Source: Antedon mediterranea
Lineage: Eukaryota; Animalia; Echinodermata
Direction: 5' to 3'
Assembly (NCBI RefSeq): GCF_964355755.1
Contig: NC_092676.1
Span: 16,200,871 to 16,264,870 of the forward strand
Length of the DNA stretch: 64,000 bases
Shown here: positions 12,931-29,736 of the stretch, one piece after another
How positions within the stretch are numbered: position 1 is the stretch's first letter
How the letters are laid out: each line of letters begins with the position of its first letter
Program-made: the position numbers and the translations under genes
The notes under the pieces: model-generated
Seen by the model: only the letters and a program-made list of their open reading frames with translations
What the model was told of the DNA's origin: nothing
The model's database searches: none

Positions 12931-13590
12931 GTCCTGTTTACTGGTGCCTGGGATTTATTTATTATTATAACATAAAGTCTTGGGTTTAAATATCACTGAG
13001 CTGGTAGTTGGATTTCAGTAAAGAATTCGATTCAGCCGAGGTAGGTGTATCATTTATTTAAAGTTATACCAGTAGATCAGGGTAAGTTGTAAATAATGTG
13101 GAATTGTTCTATATATTTTTTATCGTTGTTACGATGCGTAATAATGCTATTTTGCCAAAACAGCTACGAAACTGAACGAAAGTGCCAAAAAACAGGATAA
13201 ACTCAATATAAACTGTACCACTGACAATGATGATACTGAGTGTTTTTACCAACTTTTACATCCAATCATCTACAATAAAATGATTGAAAATAATTTAAAT
13301 AGATGGTATATGATTAGACATTTACCGTATAAATTTATCTTTTGCGATCATGTTATTTTTGTCGGTGTCTTTTATTATCGATTTTATTTTAAAATATCAT
13401 TAAATTTAACATTTAAAAAATGAATGTAAAGAAAGCGTTACGTGGAAATGTTGCGTTGTGTTTCCAGTATACCTTTCGGCATAATACTGTACCGTACTCA
13501 GAAAAGAAAATTTAAATATTCCACCCTTAAAGTATGGATGTAGATATTGGTAGGGCCTATATGATTTTTTAAAATAAATATTGCAGCAGT

Positions 13591-15992
13591 ATGGAGGACC
13601 TCGGCTGGGACGCCGAGTTGACAATTAAGATTTTAAGACGACAGAAAGAACTTATGTTTGCATCTGAAACATTGAAATCTTGTGAAGAACGTTTAGATTT
13701 CAAAGAAAGTGACGTGCTAGTGCATTATCAGGTAATCATTTAATAAAAGCCTAACCAAAATGTTTCCTTTCCTTGCATTACTGATGAAGACGAGACAGTC
13801 TCGAGTTTGTAACTTTATTCCAGTTTGGAAAAATGGTGTACCACACAATTTAATATTATTATTATCTGTTTATTCACCTTTCAAAACCCTTGCAATTTCG
13901 TGAACCCACCATTTCGTTTTATCTGATTTCTAACCATAGGAAATAAAGAAAGAGGTTGATAATCAGGTACTGAGTGAATTGGGCATTAAGGTACCGTCTG
14001 ATTTTTCTGGTATTATGCCTTATGTTGACGCAAACTTTTCCAATAACCAAGAGGTGTGTACAGCGTGATCGTTTTATTTTATCCACATATATGTCTTGTT
14101 TAAACGTGTTAATCATCACAGTTAATGATATCAGCATTAATTCACATTGCTACCATGCATACTTCCTAATATACGCATTGTTCACGTAATTTATTATAAT
14201 TTAATTTAATTAATAAATTATTTAAAATATATGAAATAATAGTCTGATATCTGATTTTAGGTTAAAGAAGTATTGAGGTACAGGAATTACACAGAACTTG
14301 GTAAAGATGTTTTAACAGTTGGAGGAACATACCCAGATGTTGACTTGTTTTCAGTTGAAACACATGACAAATACCCGCTTTCAAGCCTTCATCTTCACAA
14401 GGAACGCCCTTTTCTCATCGTTACATCATCAGCATCCTGACCTCCGTTTCAGGTGCAGTGTTTGTAATTTTGCGGCTTACAGGATTAAGTGGGCGTTTAT
14501 TCATAAATATAATTTGAAGAGAAGTTGTAATTTTTTATATTTTCTGAAACAGTCTTTTTGTTTTGGCAGTATGTACACGATCGACTGCATAATTGTTATT
14601 CTATTTTATTAAGTTTAAAGTTCAAGTACCACTTTTATTGAAATATAAGAGATATGAACTGTTTCAATGAGATGAAAATAAACTTTAAAAAAATGAGTTG
14701 GTCTCTAATGGGTGAATAAAAATAATATTAGCCTATCTAATACTTTTCTTTATTTATTAAGAGAATTCATAAGAACAAAATGTGATCAGCCTGAACGTCT
14801 AAGCTGGATTTAACTTTAAACTGCTGATAGTACAAAATGATAATTTTTTTTTTAACGTATGCCGCTCTATCGTTTTAACGTTTGCAAAATGTAACTTTCT
14901 TCTGTTTGTATATCTATAGGCAATCGGGAAAGGTGGTGGTCTTTCTAGATTGTTCGATGACTATAAAGATAAGGTAGATTTCTTGTGTATATACCAATCA
15001 GAAGCACATCCTACGGAGCAATGGAGCTTAGGCCCTGTACACAACAGTATTTCACAACATACTACGATAGATGAACGAAAACAAGCTGCTATGTATGTTG
15101 GATATTTTTCATGTTCTGTATTGTGCATACTTAACAATTATTTTATCTTTTCCATTTTTACGTGTCACCTCTACTGTAAGTGAACCTACTGATAAACCGA
15201 TTGACTGAACACACAACTGACACTAAACAACTAAGCATGACTGCCACTGAACCAAACTACCTCTGACTAACTAAATATGGAAGATTAACAGTAAACGTAA
15301 CTAACAGACAATACATTCAAATAATACTACTAAACCAACAGCGACTGACATTAAACTAGGTCTAACCGTGACTGACACTACGCATAATACAGTGACTGTA
15401 AGCTAGGTCAAAAGTGACTGACATTAAACTAGGTCAAAAGTGACTGACATTAAACTAGGCCTAACAGTGACTTACACTAAACTGGCCAAACAGTATTCTG
15501 AGAATAAACTCCAAATGACCATAAATCGAATTGACATACACCTTGATCATCGTCGACACAGCAGTTAAATTTTAATAAAATATCATTGATTTTTTCTTTG
15601 AATAAAGGAATTTGATGATTTTTTTCCTCTTTTGTGGCGTTCACCACTACTTTTATTCATATTAACTTCAAAAAGATAAATACATAATTTCAATGTATCT
15701 GATATCATATTCATTGTTATTTTTATATATCTATAGGAACTTGATCAAAGTTGATGAACAACATTACTCAGTTTTTACAAGTGATCCCTTCTCTAATACA
15801 CAACTTCGTCTGGTGTGTGATAATATGGATAATCAATTCAAATATACATTCAATGCTCATCCAGATAGAATATACCTGATACAAGGAAAGAAGTTAATGT
15901 ATATTGGTAGAAACATAATATCACAAATGAAAGAACCAATGAAATTAATGACAGACGAAGCCCACCAGATACTTGAACAGATTTTCAAATAA
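13591..15992 (+). CDS. Iodothyronine deiodinase-like selenoprotein, paralog 1 (~291 aa, thioredoxin fold)
   Basis: Five GT-AG coding exons 13591-13731, 13940-14053, 14261-14452, 14920-15092 and 15737-15992 join in frame. Motifs RPFLIVTSSAS-TGA(14438-14440)-PPF, FLCIYQSEAHP..W, QH.TIDERKQAA and LVCDNMDN...NAHPDRIYLI match the deiodinase motifs RPLV..GS.TUPPF, IYI.EAH..DGW and D.M.N....YAA.PERLY. A SECIS lies downstream. Confidence 0.85.
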
Positions 15993-16266
15993 GCTATCTT
16001 AATTGATTTCATATTTAATATAATGAATATTTCATATTAACTTGTGGGGTTATGTCTAATGTTTTAGTTTTAAAGATTGTATAAAAAATGTTGTAAGCAT
16101 CAGAAATCTTTCCAATACAAATGTGATGTTGCAATGAGTGACTCGGTGCTGTCTAATAATTTCATTGCATTGTATATTGGTAATTACTATCTATTTAATT
16201 GGCGCATGCAAATATTCGGGGTTTAAATGTAAAATATTGTATTATACATTAGTATGTTCCAAACAT

Positions 16267-16362
16267 AACAATAGCGTAAAAGAACATTATGATGACGATT
16301 ATGAAACTGTATTATTTTACAACTTAACCGTTTGATGTTTATTGTCTTGATGCGCTATTGTT
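16267..16362 (+). promoter_or_regulatory. SECIS element (type II) in the 3' UTR of deiodinase-like paralog 1
   Basis: ATGA (16289-16292), an 11-nt helix, AAA, mini-stem TGTA/TACA, the complementary helix, then TGAT (16333-16336). Outer stem AACAATAGCG/CGCTATTGTT. AATAAA at 16373-16378. Confidence 0.85.
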
Positions 16363-16957
16363 CTATTTTTAAAATAAATGTTTACTCAATTATTTAATCT
16401 AAACAACCATGTGCATGTTCATTTATGCTTTTCACACATTTATTTATTACAGTAATTTAATGATCATAGGAATGAATACTGAATCAAGCATGATGATGCT
16501 TTGTAGGTACCAATAATGAGTCGATGCTTGGGTGGTTTAATGAGGATGATTGTTTTAGAAAGTTTAGTACTACTGTATACATTATAACACATCCGAGTGT
16601 ATCCTTGTCTTTTGATTGGTTAATTTCGCATCACGTGCCGTTCAGTATTTAGGTCTATTGCACGGTAAAGTTCTATTCAACGGTTCTATTACACAACAAC
16701 AGTGGGAACCCTATCAGTAACAGAATGGATTAAAAATATATGAAACAATTGAATAAGTGATATCAAAATATTATATGGAACGCAAGAGTCTGGTGGCTGC
16801 AATGTACGTCATCTATAACTTCTACTCCGTGTCCAAAATGGGATCATTTCGTCTTGCCTCCAGCCTATCCTTCGACATTAATTTAAGATTGAGATGGCGG
16901 ATTGATTTAGTTTTCTATAAAGCGATGTGTTACAAAACAGATAATAAATACTGTGTA

Positions 16958-17300
16958 TTAGTTAAATATCCGCAATTCCACCTTGTCGTGAGCGAGCATC
17001 TTCCATCCACTAATAATATGTCTTACAGTTTCAGTAGAGTCTCCACACAATCTACATAACGGTGTTTCTAATCTATATTGTATTTTTATCGCATTCGTTC
17101 TTAAAGCTTGTTTTTGAGCAGCTAGTATCAATCCTTCTATCTCCTTCTTCAAAAAACCATTCCTAAGCCATCTCCAAGAATATCCATGTAGGGCTTTCTC
17201 TTTCCAGCCCTTGGTTTTCTCCTCTTGCCACCTCTTCTGCTAATCTATAAGATTTCCTTTTTCGTCTAACACCTTCTCATTTAAAGCAAATTGCAGCATC
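16958..17300 (-). mobile_element. Fragment of a non-LTR retrotransposon C-terminal zinc-finger region (R4/Dong/CRE-like)
   Basis: EGLILAAQKQALRTN...CRLCG...ETVRHIISG is the CCHC zinc-finger region of RLE-type LINEs. It is degraded. Confidence 0.65.
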
Positions 17301-18194
17301 CTCTGTAGTATTTTTACTCTACTCACTATGTCGGTCGGAGGGTCGGATGGTTGGTCGGTCGGTTAGTTGGTCGGTAACTAACTCAAATTTGAGCACGCGA
17401 CTGCAGCCATGTATATGGCCTTGTTATCAGAAGGGTATATTTTAAAAGGGTTAATTAACGACTCCCACTGTGCTTCTTTGCTGTTGAAAAATAAGTTGGG
17501 TTATTAACAATTATCAATGCGTATTTATATTTTGTCGTCAGTCGTTAGTTGTTCTAGTGTAAAGAGGGAATTTAATCTGGAATCAGGAGACTTAAGTTCC
17601 GAACCAATAGTGTGTATTTTTATTGCGTACAGTATGTACTATTTTTTGATGTTGAGTCTTATGTTTGTAAGGCCTACAAAATAAAATTAGCCTTATTTCA
17701 ATTAACAAAAATTTATTGAAATCATAAAAAATAAATAAAACAAAATAGAGAATACAAGGAACCAAAAACAATGTTAATAATAATTAGAACAGATTACAAA
17801 ATATCGACGCCAGTCTTCCTTTTATTTTTAGCGTTGATTTTCAATTGTAAAAGAAATAACACAAGGATCTTTATCAATAGGCCTATTTGTCAAATAAATA
17901 TAATACACATAGTTAAACTATACATGCTTTTACACAAACCTTTAATCGCTTTTTAAAATACTTTATTATATTGTTTTATTTTTAAAAGATTTCTAAAGAC
18001 AAAAAACAACACAAACGCATAACAATTGTTATAAGCAAGCAATAACTATGCAAATAATAATTTAAAAAAATATATCGCATACATTTACTTTACCATATTG
18101 TAAACACATGCATTTCAATTTCAAAATGTTATTTATATTAAGTTACACTCTAATAATAAAATTTCATAGTCTCACTGTTCATGTTATAATAGGA

Positions 18195-18452
18195 GTGAGT
18201 GAGTGCCATGGTTCTGGTGGTAGAAAGAGTCTTCTCGGATAAGGACTATAAACCGTAGGTCCAGTGTACACATCTAGTTCGTGTGCACTTTAAAGAACCT
18301 AGTACATCTTTCGAGACGAGTAGGGGGTTACCCCGGTGTATTAGTACATCACGCCACTGATCACCAACTGGGCCCTCTGGGAGACCAGTCCTTGACTGAA
18401 GAGGTTACCCAGTATAAATATATATTTCAATCAATCAATCAATCAATCAATT
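18195..18452 (+). mobile_element. 5'-truncated SINE (same family as 35518-35850) with (TCAA)n tail
   Basis: Near-identical to 35600-35812: CCATGGTTCTGGTGGTAGAA..GTCTTCTCGGATAAGGACTATAAACCGTAGGTCC...GAGGTTACCCAGTATAAA. Confidence 0.85.
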
Positions 18453-19460
18453 TCAATCTAGCAAAGATCTGTACTTTGAACAGTACTATGGTGCTGGTAT
18501 AATATTTGATCACTATAGTATTAACTAACCGAGGTAAGTAATTTTTTTCTTTTGCCTTTTCTTTTTATTTTTTTATGTCATAGAAACCGAATAAACAAAC
18601 TAAAAAAAAACAGTATGTAAGGCTACCACCGTACGTTAAGATAAACCCTGTTTTTTTTCTTTTAAACCTTTGTTACTCAACGTCGGTAAAGGGTTTTAAT
18701 TGTGCTATATATTCACACAAACATTACTTTACAAGTGTACCTTCGCCAAGTGCAAGCCTTTGAACCATTATTATTTACCTCCGCCAAGGAGGTATTGTAG
18801 TCGATCGCATGTGTTTGTCTGTTTGTTACTTGGGAAAATAACATGTTGCCAAGTATAGTACTTTATTTGCTTATTAGCGTGTAGTAGTACTTTCTTTGTT
18901 TGTATGTATATTATATGTTTGTTTGTATGTTTGTTGGTTAGCACGATAGCGCTTACAATTTTCAAGTTATCATTCTGAATTTTTTGGTGTAGATAAGTAT
19001 ATACTTACAGACCATGCCTATTGAAATTCAAGAAAATCGGTTTATTAATAACTTCAAAAATAAATTAACTAGTGTTAAAAGATAAACAGAGCAGTCTTCA
19101 AGTAACAAGTAAAGTGAAATTGCATTTTCCCGATAACTACTTGTTCAAAAAATCGAATATTTTTATACAAGAGGCAAGAATTATAATTTTTGATCTGTAA
19201 TTTTAAAACATAATTTGATTTAATGTACAGGTTTTTTTTTATAGGAGTAGTTTAAAAAAAACCTATTTCTTTTAAAATTCAACCGCTTGTTTTTCACGTT
19301 GCTGCTCAATTGTTAGTCAAATGAGACTATTGTTAGTTGATAATTAGTTTTTTTAGTTCCAGAACATGCATATTGTTTTTCAGGAAAATTGATATATTGG
19401 TCATGTCACAAAAGCTTATCTTTCATACGATGTATTAAATAGCATTATCATAACAGCAAC

Positions 19461-22400
19461 ATGGAGGACCTCGGCTGGGACGCCGAGTTCACCATCAACA
19501 TTTTAAGACGACAGAAAGAACTTATGTATGCATCTGAAACAATGAAATCGTTTAAAGACCGCTTAGATTTCAAAGAACATGACGTGTTAGTGCATCTTCA
19601 GGTAATTATTTTAAAACATCTTTACCAAAGTCATCTATCCTGTTTAAAAAGCACATAATTAGAACATGCCTATTTATAAAATCAAAAGGTTGTATTTTAT
19701 CTGGAAATATTAATTGGTAGTTTTATTTATACTGAAAATTATTAAATAAATGCGGTTAAAAATCGAATTTTGATTTGCTTAATATAGGCCTATAGCTTCT
19801 GTATGCCCTTTTTGAAGAAACAGTTAAATAGAGCTATTTTTGCCTGAAACGTCTTATAAACGTCATTACTTCTATTTGGGCATAGGTACGGTACGGTACA
19901 CTGTAAATGTGTACAGGTGAATGTCCTTACAAAGATAGGCTGACATGATATATTTCTTATTTCTAGAACTTAATCTGGTCATTGCAGACAAACAAAAAAT
20001 TTTTGTCTGTAAGCTATCTGAAATGTTTTATTTGCATTATGATAAATGAAATATTTCTAACCTGTTGCCTATAGGCTATATGATAATAATAATGCGATTA
20101 GGCCTACTGTTTTCATCTAAATAAACCGGGTATCTGACACTACGTGAAAATATTTATTGGCATAGAGAAGATATAAGTACGTTTTAAATATCTAACCCTC
20201 TTGCCTATATTATTACTACTGGGAAGTTAATCTTGTTTCCATTAGCGAGCCTATTGGTACATATGGTTGCGATTTTTTCACAAAAAGTTAATGTAAATAT
20301 ACCCATGCGCATTATTACATTTTATTCGCGCGAATAAATTCGCTTATTGGAAAATAGATGTTCTTTTTTGTTTTTATTATCATTTGTAACAAGACCCTAT
20401 CATATTATAGTGTATCAATATTTTATTAAACATTTTCATGCCATCACCATTGAGTATTTTATATATTTATTTATCTAATCGAAGAAAATTAAAGGAGAGA
20501 TTGATTATCAAGTACTGGACGAATTTGGTGTAAAGGTACCATCTGATTTTCCTGGTATTTTGGCTTACGTTGACGCAAAATTTTCCAAGAACCAAGTGGT
20601 AGGTAGTAAAATTTGAAGCATGACTTAACTTTCGTTTAAACGTGTAGATCATCGAAATCATCAGCATAATGCCGTAACTTCATTGTGTTTTTCCTTTTGA
20701 GGTAATCATAAAATCATAACTGCAGCGTCATAGTCATCGGAATGATCTCGGGCATAGGTACGATACGGTACACTGTAAATGTGTACAGGTGAATGTTCTT
20801 ACAAAAATAGGCTGACAACATATTTCTTATCTCCAGAACCTAATCTGGTCATTGCAGACAAACAAGAAAAATGTTGTCTGTAAGCTATCTAACATCCACT
20901 GAAATGGTTTATTTGCATTATGATAGGCCTAAATGTTATATTTCTGACCTATATAAGATAATAATAATGACTTAACTTTAATTTAAACGTGTAGATCATC
21001 AAAATCATCACCATAATGCCGTTAACTTCATCGTGTTTTTCCTTTTGAGGTTAATCATATCATCATATATAACTGCAGCGTCATAATTTTTGGAATGATC
21101 TTATTTGTTCGACAATATCATGCTACTCAGACGAGTTATATACTCGCCGTACACATTCTGACTGATTTTCTGACAACTTTCATAAAATGTAATAAGGCCC
21201 AAGTAATGCTCTATCTGTTTATTACCTATTTACCTGGGTAAGTTATTGATCTACACACAAATTAACGATAATTTACAATTAATTACAATTTACATAATAT
21301 AATATAATTACAAATAGCAGGCCTACATAAATATTCGGTTTCACTCCTGAAGACTTAAATATGTGAACATCTTGTGTATTTGCTTGTGAACGAATTATTA
21401 CCTTAGAGTTGGCAATTAAACTTAATTTACATTAGGTTATGGAAGAACTCAGGTACAGGAGTTTCACTGAAATCGACCAAGATGTTTTAACAATTGGAGG
21501 AACATACCCGGATGTCGAATTGGTCTCAGTTGAAACACATGACAAATACCCACTTTCAAGTCTTCATATCCACAAGGAACGCCCTTTTCTCATCGTAACC
21601 TCATCAGCATCCTGACCACCGTTTCAGGTAATTGTAGGCCTACAATTAGCGGTTTCTACTAATGGAAATCTGATACGGTACAAAATAAACACTTTCTGAG
21701 TGTTCTGCATCAAATCTATATCAACGATCAACATCATCGTAATTTAATAGATAACTTAAACAAACTAAATATCAACAATGTTTCTTTTTAACCGTTTCTG
21801 CATGCAATATACAGTTTTGCCAGTAGGTCAGTTTTACTATTTTATACCAGTAATATTCTCAGAATATAAAAAGTACTAAAAAGAAAGCAAGAGGCAAGAA
21901 CACTGTCTCTTTGTATTATATCGGCATTTATATTTAGAAATATGTGTTATGCTTAATGGTACTGTTATTTACTTCGGCCTTATTGTTGATTTTAGTGAGG
22001 ACCCGGTATAATGTTGAAACAATATTTTGTTTGTATAATTTAACTTGTTGTTTATTTATTACAGGCAATCGTGAAAGGTGGTGGTCTTTCTAGATTGTTC
22101 GATGACTATAAAGATAAGGTAGATTTCTTGTGTATATACCAAACAGAAGCACATCCTAAAGAACTATGGAACTTGGCATCCGTACTTAGTAGTATCCCAC
22201 AACATAGCACGATTGATGAAAGAAAACAAGCAGCTATGTAGGTTGAACAATTTTCTTTGAAAACTTTAAATTGTGAATATTCGCAAATTATTGTCTACCG
22301 CTTATCAAATTATAAATAAAAATTCGGTAATAGTATTGACTAGATGGTGCTGACAATAACCATCCACAAAAACAAATAAGTGGTCTACAAACAATAAACA

Positions 22401-22912
22401 GCACTGTCAATTACTGACTACGAAACTCCCTACTGGACTTTATTTAAACTAAACCTAACTCACTAAGCCTACTATTAAGCAAAACTGACACCAAACCCAG
22501 TCTACTAGTACTAAATACCATGCTGGCAATAAAGACGACCCAACGAATCCAACTGACCGACTTTAACTAAACACAATTGATTGATTGTTTCTATTTCATC
22601 ATGATTAAAAATAAAACTTGGATATTTTCATATACAATCTTCTTTATCTATAAAAGGAATTTGATCAAAATGGATGAACAGCTTTACTCAGTTTTTACAA
22701 GTGATCCCTTCTCTAATACACAACTTCGTCTGGTGTGTGATAATATGGATAATCAATTCAAAACTACTTTCAATGCATTCCCAGATAGAATATTTCTAAT
22801 ACAAGGAGAGAAGTTAACGTATATTGGTAGAAACATAATGTCACAGATGAAACAACCAATGAAATTAATGACAGATGAAGCCCGTCAAGTACTTGATAAG
22901 ATTTTTGAATAA
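19461..22912 (+). CDS. Iodothyronine deiodinase-like selenoprotein, paralog 2 (~291 aa)
   Basis: Exons 19461-19601, 20485-20598, 21436-21627, 22065-22237 and 22657-22912 have the same lengths and phases as paralog 1. In-frame TGA at 21613-21615 within TSSAS-U-PPF. EAHP and CDNMDN motifs are intact and there are no other stops. Confidence 0.85.
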
Positions 22913-23188
22913 ATATATAATAAATGGCAGCATTTAGCAGCACTGTAGTGTAATAGTTGTTAGTATAGTAATGAATACAAAATAAAAGAAAATAAATAAC
23001 ACTGTATCATCAGGTCGATAAAACGTGTCGAATATGACTCACTATGATATATATAATATTAAAATAGATTTGGATTTAACGAAGATATAAAACAAAATTG
23101 TGTATTAATATATTAACTATGCTATAGATTCATTCACTAGCTGCGTCTTATAGGAATTGAAATATACTGACATTATAGTTCCAAATAT

Positions 23189-23284
23189 AACAATAACGTA
23201 AAAGAACATTATGACGACGATTATGAAAATGTATTATTGTACAACTTAACCGTTTGATGTTTTTTGTCTTGATGCGCTACTGTT
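23189..23284 (+). promoter_or_regulatory. SECIS element in the 3' UTR of deiodinase-like paralog 2
   Basis: ATGA at 23211-23214, AAAA, TGTA/TACA mini-stem, TGAT at 23255-23258. Nearly identical to the SECIS of paralog 1 although the upstream UTR has diverged. AATAAA at 23295-23300. Confidence 0.85.
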
Positions 23285-23714
23285 CTATTTTGAAAATAAA
23301 TGTTAACGCTATAACGTTTGTGTATATTGAATACCTTGACTTTTAAGTAGAATAAAAAAAAGCAACAGTAAACATAGGCCTACGATAATAATATTATGAT
23401 TCTCTGTGCTGTATATCCACATATGACAGTATTCGTCTAGTATCATGGCAAATTCCATGATACAGTATCGAATATCGGCTAATGAATGTTACATGCTTAG
23501 AGGATTAAACGGGAGTAGAACAACAATAAATAGATGTCTTAATAAATACATATGTATGTATGTATACATTAATGCATGACTTCGAAGCCCGGAACATTAG
23601 ACGTAATAAGATGTACAGTATGCTGACCCTGGCTGTTGTATTACTCATCAAGTGAGAATCTCTGAAACGTGCTTTACTTTGGCTAAAACATTTTGATAAT
23701 TATTCGGCGTTGTC

Positions 23715-23766
23715 TGACCAATAGACAATTTCACAAACCACGTGACCAGCTAAATAAATGACGTCC
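23715..23766 (+). promoter_or_regulatory. Candidate alpha-tubulin proximal promoter motifs (CCAAT, CACGTG E-box, TGACGT CRE-like)
   Basis: The three motifs cluster 115-165 bp upstream of the ATG at 23881. Motif match only. Confidence 0.4.
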
Positions 23767-23880
23767 TCCTCTTCTGAATTTAGTAATCGTTGAAATCTCT
23801 CTTCGCCGTCATCACGAACAACGAGATCTTCTTCTCAACCACTCCCTAATACACCTAATCCACAACATCTACAGCTTAAA

Positions 23881-27892
<4,012 letters not shown>

Positions 27893-29736
27893 ATGTGCTA
27901 TTTTATGTCCAACTTCTTCCATAAAGGTTTGGTACCATCAGCAATGGTATTGCTTGTTAGGGGTTCAATCATGACAAAAACAACAGTATGAACAGTAGTA
28001 TTGTTTAGTTTAACAAAAACATTTTATATTGCGAGCCAAAGAATAATAATTTGTATTGGATTGTTAATCTATCTATTTGCAAAGTTTATGTTACAAAGCA
28101 TGAGATGTAAAGAATAAGAAAGCGATTTATTGTAACTGTGTTAAATGTTATAGAGAAGATAAATAATACTGAGAAAGGCCTGCTACACACTAGAACGATA
28201 ACGATAAAAGATAAACATCCTCTTTTCTTAGATAAAACAAAAGAATTTAGAATAGTTTCGAACTATAATATAACAATTTATGCTGTCTTTGATATTAAAT
28301 AAATTCAAAGTGCGATCGTATCGTCATGATATTAATGCTCTTACTAATAATTTTCATCAAAAGCTACATGAATGTTCATCCTAAAGTGAAAACTTTTTAG
28401 ATTTTATCTATAGGAAATATGCATATTTATCTATATAATAGTCGATCGCTATCATCCTAGTGTAAATGGGCCTTGACGATTAAAGAAAATGTCTTAATTT
28501 ATACATGGAGGAAATATCCTCCATGATTTATAGTACATTTGTCTTTTCGTCATGTCTTCCTTTCCATGTGTATGTAAAGTACTAGCATTAATCATTTTAA
28601 ACCTCTTATTGCTGCTACTTGATGTTTTAAATTTTAATATTTTTCGGGTAAGAGGATTGTGTAGGCCTTGGCTAGTTTGAAGGTTAGGGCCTGGAATAAC
28701 ATGGAAAGAGACATTAATTAGGCCTATGTCTTCAAAACCAAAGCAGATTGTGTTTGCCAAGCATGTCTTCCCTTTACGGTAATAATGCAAATATTGAAGC
28801 TTATATAGAAGTAGTACTGTAGGTAATAATGATCAATCAAGTATTGATGACAACCGGTTTACCTAATGTGTTGTTGTATATTGTATTGTATACTGTTATA
28901 TTAACTTGATAAAGCATTATATAGTCACTAATCAATCGAACAAAAACAGTATAGGCCATTATATCCTACCATGTTTAGCATTATGGGAATTTGTGCATTT
29001 ACAAATTAATTAAACTTATGCTGGATATTGGATATTGCAATATTATAGGCCTAATTTTAAGAAATGTCTAGTAAATGTGTAAAAAATATAAATGTTCAAC
29101 TTTTAAATGTTTGTGACGTTTTGAATAGAAAATCTGGATTAGCAGCGCCTTAAAAAGCTTTCTCAACTAGAAATAATAAATACATTGAGCATAATACTTG
29201 TATGGTTTTATATCAGTTGATTTTCAAGTGATGTCATAATATTCTGATGTTTCAAACCAGGGAATCATTTTGAATTTCCTAGATCCGCCAAATATTACCA
29301 GTATTAAGCATGTTATCATCACGACTAAAACAACGCAAATTGTTTCTCTTTGACACGATTGACGATCACGGCGGTTGAAATTAGTATTAGTTAATTAATT
29401 ATTATTAATTATTATGTTCATTATTAATTAGGCCTGGGATGTTTAATACGTTATTCTACAGACTAAGTGGGGTGTGTGACGTAAACAACCTCATGGTAAC
29501 TTTTGACCAATAGCTAAGCAGTAGATTACACATGCGCATTACATTTAAAGACTCCCGGAGGAGAGAGAGAGATGATAGAGAGACTATGAGGGGCGCGGCT
29601 GCGGCGAGGCCGTGTGACGTGTGTAAAAGTTAAGTGTTGTTTGTGGATCGTATCGGAGCAAGCGAGGTAGGCCTAGCAAGGATAAAAAAAAAAGAGAATT
29701 GAAAACATAGAAAGATCCATTGAAAACTAGAAAAAT

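Noticed and set aside
13780-13812. Hammerhead ribozyme (CTGATGA core, Penelope-like)
   Set aside because: CTGATGA and a short stem are present but the required GAAA is missing. At most a decayed remnant.
14438-14440. Premature stop suggesting the deiodinase-like genes are pseudogenes
   Set aside because: The TGA is at the catalytic Sec position in both paralogs, the frames are otherwise intact and SECIS elements are present.
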